Source: Acidobacteriota bacterium (GTDB lineage: Bacteria > Acidobacteriota > UBA6911 > RPQK01 > JADFOI01). From it: a stretch of DNA of 64,000 nt. The DNA is taken from NCBI GenBank assembly GCA_963663035.1, contig OY760074.1, forward strand, positions 672,001 to 736,000, written 5' to 3'. A program made the position numbers and the translations under genes. This document shows, piece by piece, positions 9,937 to 19,792 of the stretch; position 1 is the stretch's first letter; each line of letters opens with the position of its first letter. Below the pieces are notes generated by a model that had not been told where the DNA came from, did no database searches, and saw only the letters and a program-made list of their open reading frames with translations.

Positions 9937-10539
9937 TTATTCCGGTGAGGTGAAGACGGAAGTGTCCTCGGGGAGTCCACCCACAAGGTCTTGAAGGGCT
10001 TCAGGGGATACGCCTTCTGCTTCTGCCTCGCTTCGAAGTGTATCTACCGCCGACCTGGAGTCCCGAACAGCTTGTGAGTTTTTCTCAATTTCCTGCTGGG
10101 TTTCCATCAACTGCTGTTGGATCCTGGCTTGAGTCACACCGTTGTCCTGACGCAGATAGGAGTTTCGCAGCTCATTCATCTTGAGCTGAAGGACGAGATC
10201 GCGATTGACAGCGTTTTTCAGGTTGATCCGAGCTTCACCAAATTTTGACTCCCAGACCACTGGGTCTGTTTCGGTGCTGGCGGGGTCTTCCTCGGCCTCG
10301 GAGTTGCCTTCGGCTCCCTCCTGGCCTTCGGCAGCTGCGGGATCTCCGCTGGTACTGACTAGGCCTCTCGCCTTTCTCAAATCGGTGTTGGTCAGGATGG
10401 GAACTGCCTCCATCTGCGCACGTCGTTCCTTCTCTCTGCGTGCCAGCTCGGCCAGAGATGGCTCCTGCGTCTCTTCGCTCCCCTGTGCCATGCTCCAGGC
10501 AGGGACAAGGAGAAGCATCAGAAGTAGTACTACCATCAT
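9937..10539 (-). CDS. Secreted coiled-coil hypothetical protein
   Basis: Signal peptide, PSLAELARRE and ILTNTDL motifs, Q/E-rich helical C-terminal half. Confidence 0.7.
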   Translation of the reverse strand: MMVVLLLMLLLVPAWSMAQGSEETQEPSLAELARREKERRAQMEAVPILTNTDLRKARGLVSTSGDPAAAEGQEGAEGNSEAEEDPASTETDPVVWESKFGEARINLKNAVNRDLVLQLKMNELRNSYLRQDNGVTQARIQQQLMETQQEIEKNSQAVRDSRSAVDTLRSEAEAEGVSPEALQDLVGGLPEDTSVFTSPE

Positions 10540-10553
10540 CCTTGAAGTATACT

Positions 10554-11771
10554 CTATTTTACGGTCTCGGGGAACAAAACTCGCCAGCCTAGCTGGGTGG
10601 GAGGCAGTAGTGACAGGGCTTTCCGGATGGCAGCTCGGTCATACCGAATGGTAGAGGAACCGGTAACATGAAGGGAAAGTTGCCCTGCTTTCAAGTTGTC
10701 GCCTGTGGAGTCGTGATTGGACATCCACACGCCTCCGATCACTTCAGCCCGGTCCCTCAGAGTCAGTCTTCCCCCTCCCAAGTGCAGTAACAGCCCTTCG
10801 ATCTGAGCTCGATCGCGAAGAATGAGATCCCTTCGGGCGATGAGGATCCCGGAAAAGGGACTATCCAAGACTCCACCATCCGGCAAAAAGGCGATCCCCT
10901 TCATCGGCCGGTCTGTAAATCTTGGCAGCTGAGTCAGGAAATGATCCCAAAATTCAGAATTGAACAGGCCGCGGTAAATCTGTTCGGTAAGGTAAAGCGG
11001 GCTGGCATCTCGAATGGAGGGAGTGCCTGCTAGACCCTGAATGGACTGCTGCTGTGACTCAGAAAGGGAGCCCATGAGGTCTTGCAAGAGAGTGGAGGGG
11101 GAGGGAGAAACGAGAGAGATGGCAAATTCCTGTCCTCCTTCAACCATGAAGCTCTCACCCTCCCACTGGAAGGCTCCCGAATCGCCGAAGAGTGTGAGAG
11201 GGCTGGGTAGAGAAAAAGCCCGTTCCTGTCGAAAGCGGGCTTCAAGCAGGGCTACGCTGTTCTTGACATTGGGGAACAAGGGATTCTGTACCTGACCCGG
11301 AACAATGCCCATGCTTCTCACCAGTACGATTTGGTCTTCATCGTGCTCAGGGTCTTCTTCAGGATTATTGGAGAATTTCAAGAAAAAGTGCCCCCTTCCT
11401 TCGGCATGATAACCCTGTGGGAGCAACTGTTGACCCTGGTAAGTGGGCAGACCATCATCATCAGGAGGTAACCAGGTGGATGGGTCAACACGGAGGGACT
11501 CGGCGAATGACATGGGACTGCGCCATTCGGGAGAGTTACCTCCAGAGTAGGTCCCATCGGTACCTGCAAAGAGAGAATCGAGCTCAAGATGGGGGAGTAA
11601 AGTCCGAGCGTACTCGATTCCATTCTCTGCCAGGACCAGGCTGTAGAGTTGGGATTCCACGTTGGCGGCCAGCCTCCATCGGGTTCTGATCCTCAGGTGC
11701 AGAAATAGTGAAAAAGTGATCATCAGCAGGACAAGCATCATGGCTGTCAGAAGATTAAAGCCGCGAGACAC
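10554..11771 (-). CDS. PilX-like minor pilin / pilus assembly protein
   Basis: RG|FNLLTA prepilin-like start lacking Glu5, then LAENGIEYA; last gene of the minor-pilin run. Confidence 0.7.
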   Translation of the reverse strand: MSRGFNLLTAMMLVLLMITFSLFLHLRIRTRWRLAANVESQLYSLVLAENGIEYARTLLPHLELDSLFAGTDGTYSGGNSPEWRSPMSFAESLRVDPSTWLPPDDDGLPTYQGQQLLPQGYHAEGRGHFFLKFSNNPEEDPEHDEDQIVLVRSMGIVPGQVQNPLFPNVKNSVALLEARFRQERAFSLPSPLTLFGDSGAFQWEGESFMVEGGQEFAISLVSPSPSTLLQDLMGSLSESQQQSIQGLAGTPSIRDASPLYLTEQIYRGLFNSEFWDHFLTQLPRFTDRPMKGIAFLPDGGVLDSPFSGILIARRDLILRDRAQIEGLLLHLGGGRLTLRDRAEVIGGVWMSNHDSTGDNLKAGQLSLHVTGSSTIRYDRAAIRKALSLLPPTQLGWRVLFPETVK

Positions 11772-12331
11772 TAGAGATTCTCCAGGAAAAGATTGGACCG
11801 GTAGTTGCGGAGGAAAAACAGGAAGCGAGTGGACTGAAGCAGATTCTCCTGGGTGGCCAGGAGGGGGCGATCGGTTGCTGTACTGAGGAGGATGGAAATC
11901 AGCGGTAGATCTCTTGAATCGACCTGGAAGTCAGCAATGTTCTTTATCACGGGTTGAAAGGAGCCGGTGCCACTTTTTACCTGTAAATTGAACCTTGAGG
12001 ATCGAAGCACCAGTGTTTCAAAACTGCTGGAGAGTTGCGAGTCAGGGAACCCACCAGGGCCGTGGATATCACTGTTGAGCTCGATACTGTCGGCCTGAAC
12101 CGTTACACCCGACCAGGCTGAATCCCACCGATTATTCCCTGTTGGTGTGATCCAGCGGGGAAAAAGCAGTGGGGCCAGCCAAAGGTTTTCATCTCGTTCC
12201 AATAGGAGATTGAGGTTCGAAGACCAGGTTTGAAATTGTCCAAAGATCGAAAAGAAGCCCGCAAATACGATGATGGAGATGGTTGAGACAACCATCGTTT
12301 CCAGGAGGCTAAAGCCTTCATTTTTCAGCAC
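11771..12331 (-). CDS. PilW-like minor pilin
   Basis: EG|FSLLETMV class III signal peptide. Confidence 0.78.
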   Translation of the reverse strand: MLKNEGFSLLETMVVSTISIIVFAGFFSIFGQFQTWSSNLNLLLERDENLWLAPLLFPRWITPTGNNRWDSAWSGVTVQADSIELNSDIHGPGGFPDSQLSSSFETLVLRSSRFNLQVKSGTGSFQPVIKNIADFQVDSRDLPLISILLSTATDRPLLATQENLLQSTRFLFFLRNYRSNLFLENL

Positions 12332-12647
12332 TCAGCACCTCCCAGCCGGATTGCTCCCCCAGCCTTGGATCGCTAAAGACAGTGCGATAGAGAGGTCGGG
12401 AGTCAGGGATGATTTGGATGGCCTCTCCTTGACTTGAAGAAGTTGCTCGAGACTGTTCGATCTGATTCCAGAGCTCTACAATCGCTTCCCAGCGGGTCTG
12501 AGCCAGAGAATATTGACGAAATGCCAGATCTAAGCCCTGCAGCAGCGCCATGGCAGCGATTGTGAGAAAGAAAAGGGACACCATGACTTCAATGAGAGTA
12601 AAGCCATTTATAGTGATGCCCGGACTGCTTAACGGTTCCTTTGCCAC
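12318..12647 (-). CDS. PilV-like minor pilin
   Basis: NG|FTLIEVMVSL class III signal peptide. Confidence 0.8.
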   Translation of the reverse strand: MAKEPLSSPGITINGFTLIEVMVSLFFLTIAAMALLQGLDLAFRQYSLAQTRWEAIVELWNQIEQSRATSSSQGEAIQIIPDSRPLYRTVFSDPRLGEQSGWEVLSAEK

Positions 12648-13069
12648 CGCACCCTCCCGCTGAGGGAAACAATCACTCGGATCTGACCGCGGCTGTTCTC
12701 CAGTATGAATGTCCCCGCCGGAGATGCGTAGGACCGAGAGTAGAACGTGGGTGGCCTACGGGGTACTGTGGAGAACTCCACTCCAGAGGGAAGATCTTGC
12801 CAAACTTGCGGGTCGGCATCTTTCAGCGCGACACCGAATTTTCTCCGGCTGGGATGAACCCGTATCTGGATGGCGAGGTTTTTGGCGACGGCCTGAATTC
12901 GTGCTGCGGTCACAGCGGAGAGGAGAGCTTCTCCGGCCATATGAAGCTTGTGTTGCTCGGCTGTTCCTTGAAACATGAGGAGTCCCCAGGTGGAGACAGA
13001 GCCGATGAACCCACACACTAGAATCAACTCCAAAAGACTATAACCTCGAACTTTGTCCATACTCATCAC
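12629..13069 (-). CDS. FimT/GspH-like minor pilin
   Basis: RG|YSLLELIL, ARIQAV and a C-terminal VIVSLSGRVR. Confidence 0.8.
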   Translation of the reverse strand: MMSMDKVRGYSLLELILVCGFIGSVSTWGLLMFQGTAEQHKLHMAGEALLSAVTAARIQAVAKNLAIQIRVHPSRRKFGVALKDADPQVWQDLPSGVEFSTVPRRPPTFYSRSYASPAGTFILENSRGQIRVIVSLSGRVRWQRNR

Positions 13070-13078
13070 CGCCTCTTG

Positions 13079-13107
13079 CTATAACGCCCGGGCAGAAAAA
13101 TCTGCGA
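13079..13107 (-). promoter_or_regulatory. Candidate competence promoter motif TCGCAGATT-N11-GCGTTATAG
   Basis: Matches the motif upstream of comEA at 16/18 positions with identical spacing; lies just upstream of the RBS and start. Confidence 0.6.
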
Positions 13108-13517
13108 GAAAAAAGGAGAGAGGAGTCAGGAGTCAGGAGTTCAACTGATCTTTGGTCAGTTGTGAATTAGTGATTTACTTTTGGATGTGGACCTGTTAAA
13201 AAGAGTGACGGGCCTGCTGCCGGACACAGCCAACAGGCCCTGACCATCTACCACCAAACAGGGTGAAAGGTAAGTAATGGCTAAAGAAAGTGTACTAGAG
13301 CAGTCTGTCGTCAAGTGCTCACTGCCAGTCGTTTATTGGACAGACTAGGGTCTTCCCTTCTTTTCGTGGAGAGCCTGCCTCTGGAAGCGGAATGGAGGGA
13401 GAAAGCCCCAAAGCTTACCAAAGCTCTAGGATTTCTGTTGCGCCTGCCACACCTGGAGGTTTACTATCATAATAATCAGTCGGATGTTTTCCATCTAAAA
13501 GGGGGGAGGAAAAACCC

Positions 13518-14294
13518 ATGTTAGCGAAACGACTTTCTCTAATGGTGTTTGTGGTGGTCCTTGTAGGTGTCAGTGGCTGCCAACAAGGAGGACCTCCAGC
13601 TGGGTCTGCTGGGCTCCGTGTCGGTGTGCCGGAACGGGATGGGCTTCATGAGTCTATGACCATAATGGTTACCGTCAGTGGGCCTCCGGATAGCGAGGTC
13701 TCACTGACAGTCGACCCGGAAGAGTGTGGTACGGTTGGCGTTTCTTCGGTAACCATAACTGAGTTCGGTACTGTCACTACACTGTTTACGGCCGGCACGG
13801 TGGCGGCAAACTGCGAGGCTACCGTCACAGGAGTGTCCGGAAGTGAGAGTGCCAGCCGTAATATCTTGGTCCATCCTCCCAAAGCACAGGCTCAGGTCAG
13901 CCCGTGGAGCGGTGCAGACACCGCCCCGAGTGTAACGATTGCCCCCAGAGTTTCAGCTGACGAGTCAGCCCCGGGCACCAACCGGTATGAGTACTTTGTT
14001 TCCCAGGGTACCCAAACACCCATCGAGTCAATGGAGATGACCCTGGCCGCGGATAGTACAGTCGAAGTGCTTTCTGCCCTGGGAGCGGATTTTGCCTTCC
14101 TGGATCCTTTGCCCGCTGCCACCAGTTCAGACATGAAGAACTGGACCATCTCCGGGGACGCAGCCTGGAATACAATGACCCTGTCGGCGAGCTCGGAGAG
14201 TAACACCGGAGGCACCGCGACCTTTGATATCACCATTACTCATCCAGAAGGGAGCTCAACCCTGACTCTCACTCCCACCGGCCCCATGCCATAA
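13518..14294 (+). CDS. Lipoprotein with beta-rich, possibly Ig-like domains
   Basis: GGAGG RBS, VSG|C lipobox, T/S/V-rich sequence with a Cys pair. Confidence 0.7.
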   Translation: MLAKRLSLMVFVVVLVGVSGCQQGGPPAGSAGLRVGVPERDGLHESMTIMVTVSGPPDSEVSLTVDPEECGTVGVSSVTITEFGTVTTLFTAGTVAANCEATVTGVSGSESASRNILVHPPKAQAQVSPWSGADTAPSVTIAPRVSADESAPGTNRYEYFVSQGTQTPIESMEMTLAADSTVEVLSALGADFAFLDPLPAATSSDMKNWTISGDAAWNTMTLSASSESNTGGTATFDITITHPEGSSTLTLTPTGPMP

Positions 14295-14376
14295 GGGTTG
14301 AACTTTTCGGACCCGGCTACTTCCTTGACCGATCCTTTCCAGGATCTTGTCATGGGGGTGGTCTGTCTGACAGACG

Positions 14377-15174
14377 GTGAGAAACATGCAGATTTCCCCA
14401 CCACACCTTGAAGAACTCCGCTACGCAAAGTATCTTTTGGAAAAACCCAGCCTGGCTGCCAGATTGACGGATAAGGTGGGAACACCGATCGAGAAGGGTT
14501 TCGCCTTACTTCCGGGAAACTGGACTGAGACCATCCGGGAGACCGTGAACAGCTCGTTGCAGAAGGCCCTTGAAGTGGCTGTGAAATCACTGGGAAAAAC
14601 CGGCGGCCCAACTCAGGAGCGCTTTCACACATTAGCTGCCATCACCGCAGGGGCGACCGGAGGTGCTTTCGGTTTGCCCGGGGTACTGATCGAACTGCCT
14701 ATTTCCACCACCATCATCTTTCGCTCCATTGCCGACATTGCCCGCAGTGAAGGCGAAGATATCAGCTCAATTGAAACAAGATTGGCTTGCCTGGAAGTGT
14801 TTGCCCTGGGAGGGAAATCGGGCTCGGATGACGCTGTTGAAACAGGTTACTTCGCGGTTCGGTCTGCTTTGGCAAAATCGGTCAGTGAAGCTGCTGGCCA
14901 TATCGCCGAGAAAGGGCTGGTTGAAAAAGGAGCACCTGCCTTAGTTCGATTGATCTCGGCAGTCACTTCCCGATTTGGCATTGCCGTCTCCGAAAAGGTC
15001 GCCGCCATGGCTGTTCCAGCCATTGGAGCGGTGGGTGGGGCCCTCATCAATTCAGTTTTCATCAATCATTTTCAAAACATGGCCCGGGGACACTTCATCG
15101 TTCGACGCCTGGAAGGGGAATACGACAAGGAGTCAGTCCAGGAAGCATATGAAGCGCTGACCACTGACAACTGA
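14377..15174 (+). CDS. EcsC family protein
   Basis: TGGAFG, IELPISTTIIFRSIADIARSEGED, ARGHFIVRRLE. Confidence 0.85.
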   Translation: MRNMQISPPHLEELRYAKYLLEKPSLAARLTDKVGTPIEKGFALLPGNWTETIRETVNSSLQKALEVAVKSLGKTGGPTQERFHTLAAITAGATGGAFGLPGVLIELPISTTIIFRSIADIARSEGEDISSIETRLACLEVFALGGKSGSDDAVETGYFAVRSALAKSVSEAAGHIAEKGLVEKGAPALVRLISAVTSRFGIAVSEKVAAMAVPAIGAVGGALINSVFINHFQNMARGHFIVRRLEGEYDKESVQEAYEALTTDN

Positions 15175-15256
15175 CCACTGACAACTGACCACTGACAACT
15201 GACAACTGACAATAGAACAGCTGACCTCCTGACTCCTGCCTCCTGACTCCTGCCTC
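15157..15256. repeat. Heptamer arrays: (CTGACMA)x8, then CTGACTC/CTGCCTC units
   Basis: Eight units at 15157-15212, and about four units at 15229-15256. Confidence 0.9.
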
Positions 15257-15342
15257 CTAATTATTCTTCTAATAAAACACGGAGCTGCATCGTTATTTAT
15301 TATGGTAAGAGCAGTGAATCTGAAGCAGAGGCCGGGACTCAC

Positions 15343-15885
15343 ATGAACTCATCAAGTCAAGGCGAATGGATTCGATCGGTGCTGGTTCAATACGAAGCCT
15401 CTCTGACTCGCTATGCTGCACACATTACGGGCGACATCGAAAGGGCCCGCGATGTGGTCCAGGACACTTTTCTGCGACTCTGCTCGCAAAAGCGTTCCTG
15501 GGTTGGCGATCACATAGCTCAGTGGCTGTTTACCGTCTGTCGCAACCGGGCCCTGGACGTGCGGAGAAAGGAAAACCGTATGAGTTCCACATTTGAAGTC
15601 GAGCTGGAGGCTCAACCAGCTCCACAACCGGAGTTCTCCACGGTTCTGGAGCAGAAAGAACAGCTGAGTCGGGTCCTTCGCGTCGTAGCCACCCTGCCTC
15701 CCAACCAGCAGGAAGTGATCCGTCTGAAATTTCAAAACGGTTTAAGCTATCGGGAAATCAGTGAAGTAACCAACCTTTCGGTCAGCAACGTGGGCTTCTT
15801 GATCCATTCTGGCTTGAAGACCGTTCGCCAAAAGATCAACGCCTGGTCGCAGGAGAGTCCCACACCCATGAGGAGGATCAAATGA
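15343..15885 (+). CDS. ECF RNA polymerase sigma factor
   Basis: ARDVVQDTFLRL and WLFTVCRNRALD (region 2); LSYREISEV (region 4). Confidence 0.95.
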   Translation: MNSSSQGEWIRSVLVQYEASLTRYAAHITGDIERARDVVQDTFLRLCSQKRSWVGDHIAQWLFTVCRNRALDVRRKENRMSSTFEVELEAQPAPQPEFSTVLEQKEQLSRVLRVVATLPPNQQEVIRLKFQNGLSYREISEVTNLSVSNVGFLIHSGLKTVRQKINAWSQESPTPMRRIK

Positions 15886-18089
15886 GAATCGATCCCAATG
15901 ATCCGAGATTAACCGCCTACGCCTTAGGTGAGCTGGAGAACGAGGACGATCGTCTTGAGATAGAAAAGGCTGTGCAGCAGTCTGAAGAGCTCACCCTGGT
16001 GGTAGCGCAGATTCGTCAAACGGCTGATTTGGTGGTGGAAGAGCTGCAAAAGGAGCCTTCTCCCGGTCTTTCCAGAGAGCATCAGCAGAGAATTGAAAGC
16101 AAACTGGGAGCGCCATCTGGCTCTTTCTCTTTTCAGAGCAAGTGGGTAAAGATCGGTGGGCTCTCGGCCGCTGCCGGTCTGATCCTTGCCGCTATTCTGA
16201 CTCCGAACATGCTTCAATCTCGTTCTGGTCCTGCCACCATGGCTGAGCTTCGCCGCCCAGAGGTGGATTCCGTTGCCTCACAGTCGCGCGACCAGGATCA
16301 GCTACAGGCTCAGGAGCCCGCACTGGGTGTGAGCCGATACCAAGCTGCCTTGCCCGAGGAGGCAAGTCCCGAGGTTGAAAACGAAGCCTCGGATTTGGCC
16401 CGGCTAGAGGAGGCACCAGCCCCCATGAGTGAGCCGAACAAGGTGGCCGAGCCTGAATCCCAGCCTGCTTCAACTGTTTCAGGTGCCTCCCCTACCGTGG
16501 CTGTGGGAGGAGAGCTCGAGAATCTTGCCCAGTCCGAAGAGTCCGCTGAAGGCAATAGGGGTCGGGCAGAAATGCACTATAGTTCCGAGCAGGATGCCGG
16601 CTCGTACTTTTCTTCTTCTGCAAGGTCCCTGGATGCTCCTTCGCCGGATTTCAACACGGAAGCCTATGACCGGATCGTAGACAGTCGCTTCCTGGAGGTC
16701 TCTGAGAATCCTCTTTCCACATTCTCTATTGATGTGGATACGGCTTCCTATGCCAATATTCGCCGTTTTCTGGTGGGCGGAACGCTTCCCCCAAAAGATG
16801 CGATTCGCATTGAGGAAATGCTGAACTACTTCTCCTATGACTACCCTGTACCATCGGGGCAAGAGCCCTTTTTGGCGAGTGTGGAAGTGGCCGAGACGCC
16901 CTGGGAGCCGGAGCACCGATTGGTCCGCATCGGGCTCAAGGGCAAAGAGATCGAACTCGAAGAGCGACCCTCCAGCAACCTGGTTTTTCTGCTGGACGTC
17001 TCCGGATCGATGCAGCCCTCAAACAAGCTTCCGCTGCTCAAGAAGGCGATGCGATTGTTAGTGGAAAGACTGAGTGAGAATGACCGGGTCGCCATTGTGG
17101 TTTATGCGGGTGCCTCGGGACTGGTTCTGCCCTCCACTTCCTGTGACCAGAAGGAGAAAATCCTGGCGGCGCTGGAAAATCTGGAGGCCGGGGGCTCCAC
17201 CAATGGAGGATCCGGAATTCGGCTTGCCTATCAAACAGCTGTATCCAGCTTCATCTCAGGAGGGCTCAACAGAGTGATCCTGGCCACTGACGGGGACTTC
17301 AATGTGGGCACCACCAATCAGGGAGATTTAACCCGGCTCATTGAAGAAAATGCCAGGAGTGGGGTCTTTCTCAGCGTGCTGGGCTTTGGAATGGGCAACT
17401 ACCAGGACTCGACCCTGGAAAAACTGGCAGATATGGGTAACGGAAATTACGCCTACATCGACGATATCAACGAAGTCCGCAAGGTCCTGGTGGATCAGAT
17501 CAACTCGACTCTGGTCACCATCGCAAAGGATGTCAAGATCCAGATCGAGTTCAATCCGCTCCAGGTCAGTGCTTACCGGTTGATCGGCTATGAAAATCGG
17601 CTCCTCAGCAAAGAAGATTTCAATGACGACACCAAGGACGCTGGTGAGATCGGTGCCGGCCATACCGTCACCGCTCTCTATGAAATCGTACCCGCCGGAA
17701 AGGGCATCCAGGTTCCAGGCGTCGACCCGCTGAGGTATCAAGCGGCCATCCAGACCACTCAGCTGGCTGAAAGCGGCGAGCTTCTGACGCTAAAACTGCG
17801 CTACAAGCAGCCCGATGGACAGACCAGTCAGCTCTTGGAGTTTCCAGTCCGAGACAGCGGCAAGGTCTACAGCCAGGCTTCTCAGGACTTCAAGTTCGCA
17901 GCTGCAGTCGCTTCCTTTGGCATGATTCTTCGCGAATCTCCCTACAGAGGCAATGCCACATTGAGCGGGGTCCTGGAGTTAGCGGAAGAAGGCAAAGGGA
18001 GCGACCCGCATGGCTATCGTGGGCAGTTCCTGGAGCTGGTGAACAAGGCCCGAGCATTGGCTGGCCCTGACTCAAGGCCCGAGCAGTAA
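15882..18089 (+). CDS. Anti-sigma-like N-terminus, TM helix and YfbK-type vWA domain
   Basis: LTAYALGEL N-terminus, a TM helix, PLSTFSIDVDTASY, DVSGSM MIDAS motif, ATDGDFNVG. ATGA overlap with the sigma gene. Confidence 0.88.
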   Translation: MRIDPNDPRLTAYALGELENEDDRLEIEKAVQQSEELTLVVAQIRQTADLVVEELQKEPSPGLSREHQQRIESKLGAPSGSFSFQSKWVKIGGLSAAAGLILAAILTPNMLQSRSGPATMAELRRPEVDSVASQSRDQDQLQAQEPALGVSRYQAALPEEASPEVENEASDLARLEEAPAPMSEPNKVAEPESQPASTVSGASPTVAVGGELENLAQSEESAEGNRGRAEMHYSSEQDAGSYFSSSARSLDAPSPDFNTEAYDRIVDSRFLEVSENPLSTFSIDVDTASYANIRRFLVGGTLPPKDAIRIEEMLNYFSYDYPVPSGQEPFLASVEVAETPWEPEHRLVRIGLKGKEIELEERPSSNLVFLLDVSGSMQPSNKLPLLKKAMRLLVERLSENDRVAIVVYAGASGLVLPSTSCDQKEKILAALENLEAGGSTNGGSGIRLAYQTAVSSFISGGLNRVILATDGDFNVGTTNQGDLTRLIEENARSGVFLSVLGFGMGNYQDSTLEKLADMGNGNYAYIDDINEVRKVLVDQINSTLVTIAKDVKIQIEFNPLQVSAYRLIGYENRLLSKEDFNDDTKDAGEIGAGHTVTALYEIVPAGKGIQVPGVDPLRYQAAIQTTQLAESGELLTLKLRYKQPDGQTSQLLEFPVRDSGKVYSQASQDFKFAAAVASFGMILRESPYRGNATLSGVLELAEEGKGSDPHGYRGQFLELVNKARALAGPDSRPEQ

Positions 18090-18153
18090 CCGCCCATAGC
18101 AACTACCTTCTCCTTCAGGAGTCTAAGGAAGAGAATGATTATGAAGAAACTAG

Positions 18154-19792
18154 CCCGGATTATTCATAAATTCTGAAGAAGGGGTCTGATCGAGGGCACA
18201 AAAAGATGCCGTACCTCTTTGATATAAAAGGGTTTATGAAACAACTCCAAACCAAAAAGGTACGGCCCAGCGATGCATCAGTCTGCCAGATCAACTTGCC
18301 ATCTCACCCTGACAGAAAAGTGGTGGCTCGATTCGATGGAGGCCGGCTCTCCTCCGATGCCGGGCTGCTGTGTCTGTACGCCCTGGATCAACAGCACGGA
18401 CTGACGGCTGGCTTTGCCTCCTGCCTGAAGGACGCTCGAGATAGCCGCTACGTCCGCCACCAGATTCGCGAACTGCTCACCCAGCGCAGCTTTCAGATCG
18501 TGGCCGGCTATGAGGACTGCAACGATGCCGACAGCTTGCGCTCGGATCCCATCTTCAAGACCGTGTGTGATCGGCTGCCGGAAAGCGATCCGGATCTGGC
18601 TTCTCAACCCACGCTGTCGCGACTGGAGAACTCGGTGGACTCGAAGGATCTCACTCGCCTGGGACAGTGGCTGCTGGAGACCTACTTGAAGCACCGCAAG
18701 AAGAGCCGGCCCGAGAAGATCATCCTGGACATCGACAGCACGGATGACGTCACGCATGGGCAGCAGGAGTTCAGCTTTTACCACGGCTATTATCGCGAGC
18801 ACATGTATCATCCGCTGTTGCTATTCGATGGCGAGACGGGCGATCTGGTATGTGCGCTACTGCGGCCCGGCAACCAGGGGGCGGCCGCCCACGCGGTGGC
18901 GGTTCTCAAACGGGTGGTGGCCCGGATGCGCCAGGTTCTGGGATCCGATGTTCCGATCGAAGTGCGAGCCGACAGTGGCTTTGCGACGCCGGCACTGTAC
19001 GAGTTCTGTGAGGAGGAAAAACTGCAGTATGTGGTGGGCTTTGCCCGCAACTCCCGGCTGGCGGCCACCGTCGAGCCCTTGGTTGAGCAGGTGCAAGCAG
19101 ACTATGACGACTCAGGAGAAAAGCAACGCCAGTTCACCGAGCTCGTCTATCAGGCCGACAGTTGGGACCGGGAGCGGCGCATGGTGGCCAAGGTGGAAGT
19201 GAGCGAGCGCGGGTTCAACCGTCGCTTTGTGGTCACCAACCGCCAGGATCTCACGGCCGGGCAGCTGTATGACCACTACATCGGACGGGGCCAGTGCGAG
19301 AACTTCGTGAAAGCTTTCAAAAAAGATCTGGCCATGGATCGCTTGAGCTGCCACCGTTTCCTGGCCAACCAGTTCCGACTCTTCATCCACGCCCTGGCCT
19401 ATGTCTTAATCCTGCGCCTGCGGGATTACCTGTGCGGGACTCCCTGGCACAACCTGGAGATTGAGACGCTCCGCCGCCGCCTGTTCAAAATCGGTGCCCG
19501 GGTTCGGGAAACTTCTCGTCGCATCTGGGTGCACCTGGCATCGTCTTATCCCGAACAAAAGCTCTTCGCATTACTGATGCACCGTCTGTGTCCCACCTGA
19601 CGGTCCCCTGACTCCCTGCGCCAACACAGATATACAGCCCCCTGCGGGCCGAGCTGTTTCCGGAAGGGGCTCTCGCTTCATCTCTATTCGGCTCAACAAG
19701 CTTGGACGCCTTGTAATCGCACCTGAACACACTCTCAGCCCTGAACTTCCGCAGAAAATCGACACTCACCCCAAACTTATGAATAATTGCGG
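18154..19792 (+). mobile_element. IS1380-family insertion sequence
   Basis: Imperfect TIRs CCCGGATTATTCATAA / TTATGAATAATTGCGG, with CTAG on both flanks (18150-18153 and 19793-19796). Confidence 0.92.
18206..19600 (+). CDS. IS1380-family DDE transposase
   Basis: FDGGRLSSDAG, GYEDCND, LASQPTLSRLEN, LDIDST, RADSGF, RGQCENFVK. Confidence 0.95.
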   Translation: MPYLFDIKGFMKQLQTKKVRPSDASVCQINLPSHPDRKVVARFDGGRLSSDAGLLCLYALDQQHGLTAGFASCLKDARDSRYVRHQIRELLTQRSFQIVAGYEDCNDADSLRSDPIFKTVCDRLPESDPDLASQPTLSRLENSVDSKDLTRLGQWLLETYLKHRKKSRPEKIILDIDSTDDVTHGQQEFSFYHGYYREHMYHPLLLFDGETGDLVCALLRPGNQGAAAHAVAVLKRVVARMRQVLGSDVPIEVRADSGFATPALYEFCEEEKLQYVVGFARNSRLAATVEPLVEQVQADYDDSGEKQRQFTELVYQADSWDRERRMVAKVEVSERGFNRRFVVTNRQDLTAGQLYDHYIGRGQCENFVKAFKKDLAMDRLSCHRFLANQFRLFIHALAYVLILRLRDYLCGTPWHNLEIETLRRRLFKIGARVRETSRRIWVHLASSYPEQKLFALLMHRLCPT

